Positions 1 through 8,675 of a stretch of DNA of 61,447 nt are shown here, piece after piece. This DNA is from an uncultured Desulfovibrio sp. (GTDB lineage: Bacteria > Desulfobacterota > Desulfovibrionia > Desulfovibrionales > Desulfovibrionaceae). The position numbers were made by a program, and so were the translations under genes. The stretch's first letter is position 1. Every line of letters starts with the position of its first letter. The notes beneath the pieces are model-generated. The model did not search any database. It had not been told where the DNA came from and saw only the letters and a list, made by a program, of their open reading frames with translations. The stretch is from assembly GCA_944327045.1 (NCBI GenBank), contig CALVGJ010000056.1, positions 1 through 61,447 of the forward strand, given 5' to 3'.

Positions 1-45
1 GTGCATTGCGTCAACAGGCCCTAGTGCCGCCGGACGGAGACTGCC

Positions 46-1560
46 ATGCTAGAGGTTCTCTTTCTTTTTCCGCTGTGCGCGGGCCTGCTGACCCTGCTGC
101 TGCCGTCCCGCCCCGTGCGGCGCGGCCTGCTCCTGCTGGTGGCCGTCACACACCTTGTCCTGAGCCTGCTCACCCTGCTGGCCGTGGGACGCGGACAGAC
201 GCCCTCCGCCTTCTTCGGCCTGCTGGAGCCGGACGCCGTGGGCGTGCTCTTTCTGACGCTGGCCAGCACGCTGTTCTGCGCGGCAAGCTGGTACGGCGTG
301 GGCTATCTGCGCGACGAGGCCCTCAAGGGGGAACGCACGGGCTTTCTGGACGGACGCCGCTTCACCAATGCCCCGGAACGCCGCTTCACCGCCTGTCTCT
401 GCTTCTTTCTGGCGGCCATGACGCTGGTCACCACCACCCGCCATCTGGGCGCGCTCTGGATGGGCATTGAAGGCACGACGCTGGCCAGTGCGCCGCTCAT
501 CTATTTTCACCGGCATCAGCAGTCGCTGGAAGCCACCTGGAAATATCTCATCATCTGTTCCGTGGGCATTGCGCTGGCCCTGATCGGCAACCTGCTGCTG
601 TCCATCGGCTTCTACCGGCCCGGTCTGGTCATGGAAGAAGGACTGGATCAGGTGAGCATCTTCGTGAACATGGCGCGGGAAGTTCGGGCGAGCGGCTTCT
701 ACGGCGTGCAGTCGCCCTGGCTGCAGGCAGCCTTTGTCTTCCTGCTGGTGGGATACGGCACAAAGATGGGCCTCGCCCCCCTGCACAACTGGCTGCCGGA
801 CGCCCACAGTCAGGCCCCTTCCCTCGTGTCCGGCCTGCTGTCCGGGGCCCTGCTCAACTGCGCCCTGCTGGGCATCCTGCGCGGCCATCAGATCATGCTG
901 GCGGCCGGGCTGGGGAACTTCAGCGGCGGCCTGCTGATCTTCTTCGGCATCGTCTCCCTGTTCACGGCGGCGGTCTTCATTGTGGGGCAGGGGCATTACA
1001 AGCGCCTGCTGGCCTACTCCAGCGTGGAGCACATGGGCATCCTTGCCCTCGGCATCGGGCTGGGCGGATCGGCGGTTTTCGGGGCCATGTTCCATGCGGT
1101 GGGCCATTCGCTGACCAAGTGCATGCTCTTCCTGCTGGCGGGCAACATTCTGGCCCGCTACCATACCCTGTCCAGCTACGACGTGCGCGGCCTGCGCTGG
1201 ACCATGCCCATGACCGGCGCGCTCTGGACGGCGGGTTTTCTGGCCATCGTGGGTTCGCCGCCGTTCGGCCTGTTCGTCAGTGAATTTCTTATCCTCAAGG
1301 GCATTCTCAGCCAGGGCCGCTGGCTGGTGGCCGCGTGCTATCTGCTGGCGCTGGCCGTCATTTTTGTGGGCATGTCCATTCCGGTGCTGCGCATGGTGCA
1401 GGGCACGCGCCCGCGCGATATGCAGCGTGCCGAACCGGAAAGCGCGTGCAGCGTCCTGCCGCCGCTCTGTCTCGGCACGCTGGTGCTCTGTCTCGGCGTC
1501 TATACGCCTGCCTGGCTTGAAAATATCCTGCGCCGCGCGGCCGCGCTCATAGGAGGCTAG
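46..1560 (+). CDS. hyfF: Hydrogenase-4 component F-like proton-translocating antiporter-like subunit (Ehr complex)
   Basis: Polytopic membrane protein with EATWKYLIICSVG, GYGTKMGLAPLHNWLPDAHSQAP and KRLLAYSSVEHMG motifs; GGAGA RBS upstream. Confidence 0.85.
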   Translation: MLEVLFLFPLCAGLLTLLLPSRPVRRGLLLLVAVTHLVLSLLTLLAVGRGQTPSAFFGLLEPDAVGVLFLTLASTLFCAASWYGVGYLRDEALKGERTGFLDGRRFTNAPERRFTACLCFFLAAMTLVTTTRHLGALWMGIEGTTLASAPLIYFHRHQQSLEATWKYLIICSVGIALALIGNLLLSIGFYRPGLVMEEGLDQVSIFVNMAREVRASGFYGVQSPWLQAAFVFLLVGYGTKMGLAPLHNWLPDAHSQAPSLVSGLLSGALLNCALLGILRGHQIMLAAGLGNFSGGLLIFFGIVSLFTAAVFIVGQGHYKRLLAYSSVEHMGILALGIGLGGSAVFGAMFHAVGHSLTKCMLFLLAGNILARYHTLSSYDVRGLRWTMPMTGALWTAGFLAIVGSPPFGLFVSEFLILKGILSQGRWLVAACYLLALAVIFVGMSIPVLRMVQGTRPRDMQRAEPESACSVLPPLCLGTLVLCLGVYTPAWLENILRRAAALIGG

Positions 1561-1564
1561 AATC

Positions 1565-3061
1565 ATGGTCCTTGACTACGAGCAATCCGTTGCCCTGGCC
1601 GACGTGCCCGTCATGTCCGCGGAGGAACTGCGGCAGGAAGTGCTGGAGCAGGTGCGCGACGGCGGACGGCTGCTGGCGCTGTTCGGTCTGCCCGGCAACG
1701 GCGGAGCGGGCCTCTGCGCCATCGTCGCCCACAGCGGGGACCGCTTCCTGCGGGCGATGCGCACCGCTCCGCTGACGCAGTACGCATCTCTGACGCCTGA
1801 CTGTCCGCAGGCGCATCTTTTCGAGCGCGAACTCTGGGAACAGTGGAACATCCTTCCGGAGGGACACCCCTGGCTCAAGCCCGTGCGCTTCGTGCCGCAC
1901 GGCTGCCTGACCGCCACGCCCGGCGAACGCCCCGGCCCGGCCCAGCTCACCCATTACCGCGTGGACGGCGAGGAGGTGCACGAGGTGGCCGTGGGCCCGG
2001 TGCATGCCGGCGTCATCGAGCCCGGACATTTCCGCTTCCAGTGCTACGGGGAAAACGTCATGCATCTGGAAATCAGCCTCGGTTTCCAGCACCGGGACGT
2101 GGAACGCCGTCTGCTGGGCGGCCCGCATCCGGCGCATGCGCGCCTCATGGAATGCGTGGCCGGGGATACCAGCATAGGGCACGCCACGGCCTTTGCCACC
2201 CTGCTGGAGCGGCTGGCGGGCGTCACCATCCCGGAACGCGCCAACCGGCTGCGGCGTCTGGGACTGGAGCTGGAACGGCTGGCCAACCATACCGGCGATC
2301 TGGGAGCCATTGCCGGGGATACGGGCTTTCTGCCCACCTCGGCCTGGAACGGACGCATCCGCGGGGACTTTCTCAACCTGACGGCGGAGGTCTGCGGCAA
2401 CCGCTTCGGACGCAACTGGGTCTGCCCCGGCGGCGTGTCCGTGGATGTGGATGCTGAACTGTGCGCACGTCTGCTTGATCGGCTGCGCCACTGCTGGCGG
2501 GACGTGCGGGAAGCGGTGAAGGTCATGTTCGCGTCGGCCAGCGTCATGGACAGACTGGAGGAGACCGGCGAAATCTCCGCCGATACGGCCCGCACGCTGG
2601 GCCTTGTGGGCGTGGCGGCGCGAGCCTGCGGCCTTGCCCGGGACGCGCGATTTGATGCGCCCCTCTCCTGCCTGCCGCTCTGCGAGACGCAAATCCGCGT
2701 GGAAAAGGGCGGAGACGTGCTTTCCCGCGCCCGTGTACGCAGCCGTGAGCTGGCCGATTCGGTGGACCTTGCCTGTACGGACATACAGGCGCTTTCCCAT
2801 TCCGAGGGAGCCATTTGCCAACCGCTGCCGGACCGTCTGCCCGCCGGACGGCTGGCCGTGGCGCAGGTGGAAGGCTGGCGCGGAGAAATCTGCCATGTGG
2901 GGCTTACCGATGCACAGGGACGGCTGGCCTGCTACAAGATGTATGATCCCTCGTTCCACAACTGGGCCGGACTGGAAGCGGCGCTGCGCGGACAGCAGAT
3001 TTCGGATTTTCCCCTGTGCAACAAGAGTTTCAATCTCTCCTACTGCGGCCATGACCTGTAG
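1565..3061 (+). CDS. NuoC/NuoD-like large subunit of Hyf/Ehr complex, lacking NiFe-binding CxxC motifs
   Basis: FERELWEQW..PEGHPWLKP, VGPVHAGVIEPGHFRF, LELERLANHTGD, VEGWRGE, DPSFHNW, C-terminal KSFNLSYCGHDL. Confidence 0.85.
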   Translation: MVLDYEQSVALADVPVMSAEELRQEVLEQVRDGGRLLALFGLPGNGGAGLCAIVAHSGDRFLRAMRTAPLTQYASLTPDCPQAHLFERELWEQWNILPEGHPWLKPVRFVPHGCLTATPGERPGPAQLTHYRVDGEEVHEVAVGPVHAGVIEPGHFRFQCYGENVMHLEISLGFQHRDVERRLLGGPHPAHARLMECVAGDTSIGHATAFATLLERLAGVTIPERANRLRRLGLELERLANHTGDLGAIAGDTGFLPTSAWNGRIRGDFLNLTAEVCGNRFGRNWVCPGGVSVDVDAELCARLLDRLRHCWRDVREAVKVMFASASVMDRLEETGEISADTARTLGLVGVAARACGLARDARFDAPLSCLPLCETQIRVEKGGDVLSRARVRSRELADSVDLACTDIQALSHSEGAICQPLPDRLPAGRLAVAQVEGWRGEICHVGLTDAQGRLACYKMYDPSFHNWAGLEAALRGQQISDFPLCNKSFNLSYCGHDL

Positions 3062-3070
3062 GAGCTGTCA

Positions 3071-3164
3071 GGGACACGAGGCAACTCCGCCCCCAAAAGC
3101 AAGTGGAGCGTGTACAGCTTATTTATCAATTGAAATTATTTGTAAAATTCGCGTCAACACGCCC
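3071..3164. repeat. Dispersed repeat family B, copy 1 (ends TCAACACGCCC)
   Basis: Aligns by eye over ~95 bp with 55912-56010 (GGGA(C/T)ACGAGGCAAC..CCCCCAAAAGCAAG.GGAGC.TGTACAGCTTATTT..ATTGAAATTATTTG). Confidence 0.75.
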
Positions 3165-3244
3165 GGCAGTCCCGCAAGGGGAATGCGGCTCCGCCGCTTT
3201 TGAACAACCTTTTTCAACGCCCACACGCTTCAAGGCGGTAAGCC

Positions 3245-4036
3245 ATGCTGCATATCATCAGGGAACGCCTGCATCAGAAATACCGCACGCTGGACTATCC
3301 CCGCGTGCAGCCGGGATTGCCCGCACGCTATCCGGGACGTCCTGAAATCCTTGCCGTACATTGCGGCGACTGTCGCGCCTGCGCGGACGCCTGCCCCACC
3401 GGAGCCATCCGCCTGCTCTCGCCGGATGCCCCCGGCCCCGGCGGCGCGGACAGCGGCCCGGCGCTGGATATGGGGCGCTGTCTTTTCTGCGGCGCCTGTG
3501 CGCGGGCCTGCCCGCAGGGAGGCATACGCTTTACCGGCGATCACCATCTGGCGACCTTCTGCCGGGAAGATTTGATCCTGACCCGCGTGCCGCGCCCGCT
3601 GACGCCGCCTCGCCGCTCCGGTCGCCTCTTTGCCCGCTCGCTCAAGCTGCGTCAGGTCAGTGCCGGGGGCTGCAATGCCTGTGAGGCGGACATCAACGTG
3701 CTGGGCACCCTCGTTTATGATCTCGGCAAGTTCGGTATCGACATGGTGGCCTCCCCCCGCCATGCCGACGGGCTCGCCGTGACCGGGCCGGTCAGCCGCA
3801 ACATGCGGGAGGGGCTGCTGGCGACCTTCGGCGCGACGCCGCAACCGCGGCTGGTGGTGGCCGTGGGCAGTTGCGCCATTTCGGGCGGTCTGTTCCGGGA
3901 TAATGCGGAATGCAGCAACGGTCTGGAAGAATTGCTGCCGGTGGATGTCTTTGTGCCGGGCTGTCCGCCCCATCCGTGGAGCATTCTGGACGGTCTCCTG
4001 CGGGCGCGAACGGATACGGCCGACTGGACGGTCTGA
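3245..4036 (+). CDS. 2x[4Fe-4S] ferredoxin fused to NuoB/HyfI-like small subunit
   Basis: CGDCRACADACP and CLFCGACARACP, then GGCNACE, SPRHADGLAVTGPV, AVGSCAISGG and VPGCPPHP. Confidence 0.85.
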   Translation: MLHIIRERLHQKYRTLDYPRVQPGLPARYPGRPEILAVHCGDCRACADACPTGAIRLLSPDAPGPGGADSGPALDMGRCLFCGACARACPQGGIRFTGDHHLATFCREDLILTRVPRPLTPPRRSGRLFARSLKLRQVSAGGCNACEADINVLGTLVYDLGKFGIDMVASPRHADGLAVTGPVSRNMREGLLATFGATPQPRLVVAVGSCAISGGLFRDNAECSNGLEELLPVDVFVPGCPPHPWSILDGLLRARTDTADWTV

Positions 4037-4109
4037 GAGCATGCCGCAGTCGGGGGACTGACGCCGCGGACAAATACCGTCGGTTTCCCTCCTTCGGCGA
4101 TCGGTCGGA

Positions 4110-4160
4110 TAGCGCATTTTCCGTGTGAAACACTTTGCGTTTCAAACTGAAAAAGCCCTA
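4110..4160 (+). mobile_element. MITE-like family A, short copy
   Basis: TAGCGCATTTT...AAAAAGCCCTA ends enclosing a TGAAAC..GTTTCA hairpin. Confidence 0.65.
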
Positions 4161-4199
4161 AGCAGCGTACGCTCAGTCTGAAAAGGGGCTTGTATGTAA

Positions 4200-4238
4200 C
4201 AAGAAAGGCTGCGGAACATATCTCCGCAGCCTTTCTTG
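4200..4238. terminator. Stem-loop between convergent genes
   Basis: CAAGAAAGGCTGCGGA-loop-TCCGCAGCCTTTCTTG inverted repeat. Confidence 0.55.
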
Positions 4239-4376
4239 CTCGTTGAAAACCTGTTGTCGGCAAGACGTTCAGAAAAAACGCTTCTCCCCACGTCCTCAAT
4301 CCGGCGCCATCCGATGCGCATCCTCTCCCTTAGGGAAAGGCCTGCCCGGCGGCGCTTGCGGCAGGGAACGCCTTGC

Positions 4377-4886
4377 TTACACGAGGTAATCGCCCCGGTT
4401 GAACTTGATCTTTTCCGTGGTGGTCAGGATTTCCAGCTCATTGAGCAGGGAATCAAAGCCGGGATTCTGGCCGCGCAGGCTCGACGTGTCCTTGCGCAGA
4501 TTGGAAACCGTCGTGTCTATGCCCTCAAGCAGCGCATAGGCATCACGCAGGGAGGATTCGGCTCGGGAGGAACCGAGCGCCTGCGTATAGGAATCCCAGA
4601 GATCCAGCGCACCGGAAGCCTGGGAAAAAGCTTCCTCAAAAACGGCTTCATCCGGCGTCAACGCGGAAGATTCTTCCGTGTTGCCCAGCATCATCCGACT
4701 GATGAGACCGGCACGATTCGCCCCCGGCATGGGCGGCATGGCAACAGCGCCGGCGGACTCGCTCATGCCCATCATTTCCTGAGCCAGAGCCGCTTCAAAC
4801 GCGCTATTGTCACCGCCGGTGCGACGGGTTGCGGTCTGTTCCTGCTGTTGCAGCAACGATTCAATAACTGTGTTTTCTACCTTCAT
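4377..4886 (-). CDS. Hypothetical protein, weakly FliX-like (possible flagellar regulon member)
   Basis: GGAGG RBS before ATG 4886 (MKVENT...); C-terminus ELEILTTTEKIKFNRGDY; sigma54 motif upstream. Confidence 0.6.
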   Translation of the reverse strand: MKVENTVIESLLQQQEQTATRRTGGDNSAFEAALAQEMMGMSESAGAVAMPPMPGANRAGLISRMMLGNTEESSALTPDEAVFEEAFSQASGALDLWDSYTQALGSSRAESSLRDAYALLEGIDTTVSNLRKDTSSLRGQNPGFDSLLNELEILTTTEKIKFNRGDYLV

Positions 4887-4920
4887 GGTCGCCTCCAGGG
4901 TTGGCGTTCGCTCAAAGGTC

Positions 4921-4936
4921 TGCAATAACCGTTCCA
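4921..4936 (-). promoter_or_regulatory. Sigma54 (-24/-12) promoter
   Basis: Minus strand TGGAACGGTTATTGCA, GG-N10-GC spacing. Confidence 0.65.
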
Positions 4937-4987
4937 GAGAAAAAAGCGGCGTTTTTTTCCCGGTGATGAAGCGGCTGAGGGCAGGAC

Positions 4988-5016
4988 TTGTCTAACGCCG
5001 GAAAAGACTCTACTAT
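4988..5016 (+). promoter_or_regulatory. Sigma70-type promoter for the USP gene
   Basis: TTGTCT-N17-TACTAT. Confidence 0.5.
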
Positions 5017-5109
5017 AAAACCTCACGAAGATGAAGCCGTCATGGCCGGTTCCGGCACGGTCAGGACAGCTCTCCCACGAAAGAGCCGGAAAGGGCACTG
5101 GAGCATATC

Positions 5110-5562
5110 ATGAAGGAAATCAAGAAGATTCTCTGCGCTGTCGACCTCTCCGACCACAGCAGGTCCGTGGCCGAATACGCCACCATGCTTGCCAAGGGGC
5201 TCGGCGCCAGCATCGTCGTCGTGTACGCGGCCCCCTCGCTGAGTCAGTATGTGGGCTTCCATGTGCCGCCGAACACCATCGAGAACTTCGTGGGCGAGAT
5301 TGTTTCCGGGGCCGAAAAGTCCATGGAAGCCTTTGTGGCGGAAAATTTCGTGGGCGTGGAAGCCAAGGGCCATGTGCTCATCGGCTATGCCGCCGAAGAA
5401 ATCCTGAGCCGTGCCGATGAGGAAAAAGTGGACCTCATCGTCATGGGAACGCACGGCCGCAAGGGCATTGACCGCATCCTGTTCGGCTCCGTGGCCGAAA
5501 AGGTGGTCAAGAACGCCTCCATGCCGGTGCTGACCATTCGTCCCAACGACGAAGAAGAATAG
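5110..5562 (+). CDS. uspA: Universal stress protein (UspA family)
   Basis: KKILCAVDLS, DLIVMGTHGRKGIDRILFGSVAEKVV. Confidence 0.92.
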   Translation: MKEIKKILCAVDLSDHSRSVAEYATMLAKGLGASIVVVYAAPSLSQYVGFHVPPNTIENFVGEIVSGAEKSMEAFVAENFVGVEAKGHVLIGYAAEEILSRADEEKVDLIVMGTHGRKGIDRILFGSVAEKVVKNASMPVLTIRPNDEEE

Positions 5563-5575
5563 CCATCGCCTTCAC

Positions 5576-5605
5576 GGGCGCGACCTCTGGGTCGCGCCCT
5601 TTTTT
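5576..5605 (+). terminator. Rho-independent terminator
   Basis: GGGCGCGACC-loop-GGTCGCGCCC followed by T-tract. Confidence 0.75.
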
Positions 5606-5635
5606 GTTCCCATTTTCCGGCCGCATGGAGCCAAG

Positions 5636-6769
5636 ATGTATACATCCCCTGTTCGAGAGGCCATTCTGGGCCTCAAGGCCTACGTCCCCGGCAAGTCCAT
5701 TGCCGAAATCAAGGAAAAATACGGTCTGGCGCAGGTCATCAAGATGGCCAGCAACGAAAATCCCCTGGGCACGTCCCCGCTGGTCTGCGAGGCCGTGCGT
5801 CGTGCCGCCGCGCAGAGCTTCCGTTATCCGCAGGGCGGCAATCCGCGTCTGACGGCCGCCCTCGGCCGCCTGCATCAGGTGGCGCCGGAGCGCATCGTGG
5901 TCGGGAACGGTTCGGATGAAGTCATCGACCTGCTGCTGCGCGTACTGCTTGTGCCGGGTACGCATTCGCTGGCCTGCTTTTCGCCGTGCTTTTCCATCTA
6001 TCCCATACAGGGGCATATCTGCGGCGTCGAGGTGCGCCGCCAGCCGCTGCGCGAAGACTTCAGCTTCGATTTCGAGGCCCTGCTGCGGCTGGTGGACAAA
6101 AACACCCGTCTGGTCTTCGTGACCACGCCGGACAATCCCTCCGGCTACTGCCCCCCCCGCGACGACGTGGCGGCTCTGGCCGCCGAACTGGCCCGGCGCG
6201 CCCCGGACTGTCTGCTGGTGGTGGACGAGGCCTACATGGATTTTGTGGGAGACAGCGTGGCGGACGAGCGGCAGGCTTCCCTGCTGGCCGGAGGCTGCCT
6301 GCCGGACAACGTCGCCATCCTGCGGACCTTCTCCAAGAGCTGGGGGCTGGCCGGGCTGCGGCTGGGCTATGCCGTGCTGCCCGAGGCGCTGGCCCAGTAC
6401 TGCTGGCGGGCGCGACTGCCGTTTTCCGTCAATCTGCTGGCCGAAGAGGCCGGGCTGGCCGCCCTTGAAGATACGGCCTTTCGTGAAGCCACTCTGCGGA
6501 CCGTGCGGGAAGGACGGCGCGTCCTCAGCCGCGAACTTGCCGCCGCGGGGTGCACCGTCTGGCCCAGCGCGGCCAATTTCGTCATGTTCCGTCTGCCGGA
6601 CGGGGCCGATGCCTCGGCCTGCATGGAGCATCTGTTGCGCGGCGGCCTGATCATCCGTCCGCTGGCCAGCTACAACCTGCCGCAGCATCTGCGCGTCAGC
6701 GTCGGCACGCCGGAGGAGAACGCCCGCTTCCTTGCGCTGGTGCACGCCTTTCTGGAGGAATGCCGATGA
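5636..6769 (+). CDS. hisC: Histidinol-phosphate aminotransferase
   Basis: KMASNENPLG, GNGSDE, VVDEAYMDF, RTFSKSWGLAGLRLGY (PLP lysine). Confidence 0.92.
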   Translation: MYTSPVREAILGLKAYVPGKSIAEIKEKYGLAQVIKMASNENPLGTSPLVCEAVRRAAAQSFRYPQGGNPRLTAALGRLHQVAPERIVVGNGSDEVIDLLLRVLLVPGTHSLACFSPCFSIYPIQGHICGVEVRRQPLREDFSFDFEALLRLVDKNTRLVFVTTPDNPSGYCPPRDDVAALAAELARRAPDCLLVVDEAYMDFVGDSVADERQASLLAGGCLPDNVAILRTFSKSWGLAGLRLGYAVLPEALAQYCWRARLPFSVNLLAEEAGLAALEDTAFREATLRTVREGRRVLSRELAAAGCTVWPSAANFVMFRLPDGADASACMEHLLRGGLIIRPLASYNLPQHLRVSVGTPEENARFLALVHAFLEECR

Positions 6770-7476
6770 CCTCCGCCCCGCTGCCCGTGGTGACGCTTGA
6801 TGGACCGGCCGGCGTCGGCAAGACGACGCTGGCCCGGCGCATGGCCGAAAGCCTCGGCATCGCCTATCTGGATACCGGGGCCATGTTTCGCTGCCTTGCC
6901 CTGCGGCTGGGAGCCGGGGCCGATGCGTGGGAGGATGAGCGCCTGCAAGCCGCCTGTGCCGAACATGCCTTCTCGCTGGAAGGAAACGGGGCCGGTACGC
7001 GCATTTGCTGCAACGGCGTGCCGGTGCGCGGCGAAATCCGTACCGAGGAAGTCGGCATGCTGGCCGCCCGGCTGGGGCAGGTGCCGCTGGTGCGCACCTA
7101 TCTGTGCGAAGCGCAGCGCCGGCTGGCCGGACAGTGCCCGCTGGTGGTGGAAGGACGCGACATGGGCACGGTGGTCTTTCCCACGGCCCGTTTCAAATTT
7201 TTTCTGGACGCCAGCCCCGAAGTCAGAGCACTACGCCGCCTGCGCGATCTGGAGGCACGCGGACAATCAGCGGACCTGGCCGAACTGACGGAACAAATCC
7301 GCAAGCGGGACGCCATGGACAGAAACCGCCCCATAGCCCCGCTGCGCGCCGCGCCGGATGCCGTGATGGTGGATACCTCCACGCTGGATATCGAAGGCGT
7401 GCTGGGAACATTGCTGCATGTCGTGAACGTGCATGGCGGCGCAGCCCTGTTGCACGCCCGCGACGGGGAACAGTAG
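6766..7476 (+). CDS. cmk: Cytidylate kinase
   Basis: DGPAGVGKTT P-loop, YLDTGAMFR, VEGRDMGTVVFP; ATGA overlap with hisC stop. Confidence 0.93.
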   Translation: MTSAPLPVVTLDGPAGVGKTTLARRMAESLGIAYLDTGAMFRCLALRLGAGADAWEDERLQAACAEHAFSLEGNGAGTRICCNGVPVRGEIRTEEVGMLAARLGQVPLVRTYLCEAQRRLAGQCPLVVEGRDMGTVVFPTARFKFFLDASPEVRALRRLRDLEARGQSADLAELTEQIRKRDAMDRNRPIAPLRAAPDAVMVDTSTLDIEGVLGTLLHVVNVHGGAALLHARDGEQ

Positions 7477-7526
7477 CGCCATCCGTACGGCATTGCCGGA
7501 CAGACGACGTCCGGTTCAATGGAAGG

Positions 7527-7555
7527 GAGTCCCGGCCTTGCCGGGCTCTTTTTTT
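7527..7555 (+). terminator. Rho-independent terminator
   Basis: CCCGGC-CTT-GCCGGG stem plus T-tract. Confidence 0.65.
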
Positions 7556-7835
7556 GGACCTGGACGACCTCTCCTCCGCCGACGACGGGCAGGTCATTCC
7601 TGCCGCCGGGCAGAAGGTGCCGACGTTGCCCTGGGCAAGCGTGCGCCCCACGGGGCATTCCCACTTTTATGAAAAAATTCAGCAGGTTCGCACAGGAAAT
7701 TTTTACCTTGCGGCAAAAAATTCCCGGCGTTTTCCTCTGAAAAAACCGTCATCTGTCAAAAAAATGGACGGCAGTTTTTTCCCGAAAAATGACAATCTCT
7801 TTCAGTCCCCCCGGAATAGCGGGATAATTTTTTTT

Positions 7836-7851
7836 TGGCACGAGACATGCA
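7836..7851 (+). promoter_or_regulatory. Sigma54 (-24/-12) promoter
   Basis: TGGCACGAGACATGCA, GG-N10-GC, upstream of the TPR gene. Confidence 0.65.
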
Positions 7852-7907
7852 TTTAGAGGGCGTTCGTAGCGAATCAGATGCAATAAGTCTTTCAGGACGA
7901 GGAGCAC

Positions 7908-8471
7908 ATGGAAAATCAGCTTGATTACGAGATCAACAAGGAACTGGGCGAATGCTACCTGTTCATGGGGAACTATGACGAAGCGGAGAAGTACTACCGC
8001 AAGGCGTTGAACGAAAATCCGCAGATTTCCGCTCCGTTCATGGGGTTGGCGACCATTGCCGTACAGCGCGGCGAGCTGGACAATGCCCTTGTGCTCTACA
8101 AGAAAGCGGCTTCCGTCGAACCGGACAGCAAGGCATATTGCGGCATGGGCCTTGTGCTCATGGAGCAGGGCAAGGCGCAGGAAGCCTTTGATGCCTTTGC
8201 CAAATCGCTGGACATGGCCAAGGACGGCATTGTGGCCCTGAACGGCATGGTACGCACGGCCTACGCCGCCGGTTGCGTGGAGAAGGCCATTCCCTATCTT
8301 CAGGCGGCCATTGACGCCGACATGCAGGCGGAAGCCATGCGCGTGACCCTGGCCGGCTGTCTCATCTCGCTCGACCGCAAGGATGAGGCCCGCGACCTGC
8401 TGCAGAAAGTGCTGTCCGCCAATCCTGAACACGAGAGCGCCCGCTCCCTTCTCGAGACACTGAGCGCCTAG
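7908..8471 (+). CDS. Tetratricopeptide repeat protein
   Basis: ELGECYLFMGNYDEAEKYYRKAL and further TPR-like helices; GAGGAG RBS. Confidence 0.85.
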   Translation: MENQLDYEINKELGECYLFMGNYDEAEKYYRKALNENPQISAPFMGLATIAVQRGELDNALVLYKKAASVEPDSKAYCGMGLVLMEQGKAQEAFDAFAKSLDMAKDGIVALNGMVRTAYAAGCVEKAIPYLQAAIDADMQAEAMRVTLAGCLISLDRKDEARDLLQKVLSANPEHESARSLLETLSA

Positions 8472-8515
8472 CATCCTCGTGATGCCGAGCGCCGTACATA
8501 CTCCCCTCCCCACAC

Positions 8516-8563
8516 GATTTCCCGGCCTTTGGATTGGCTGAAGGCCGGGAAATCTCTTTTTTT
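8516..8563 (+). terminator. Rho-independent terminator
   Basis: GATTTCCCGGCCTT-loop-AAGGCCGGGAAATC plus T-tract. Confidence 0.75.
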
Positions 8564-8675
8564 CTTCCGGCAGACGGTTTCCGCATGCCGCCTTGCGACT
8601 GCCGCCGTATCCTGCCCAATTCGCGCTGCGTACGGAGCGCCCGACGGCACGGCCGCAGTGCGCAAAGGATTACCC

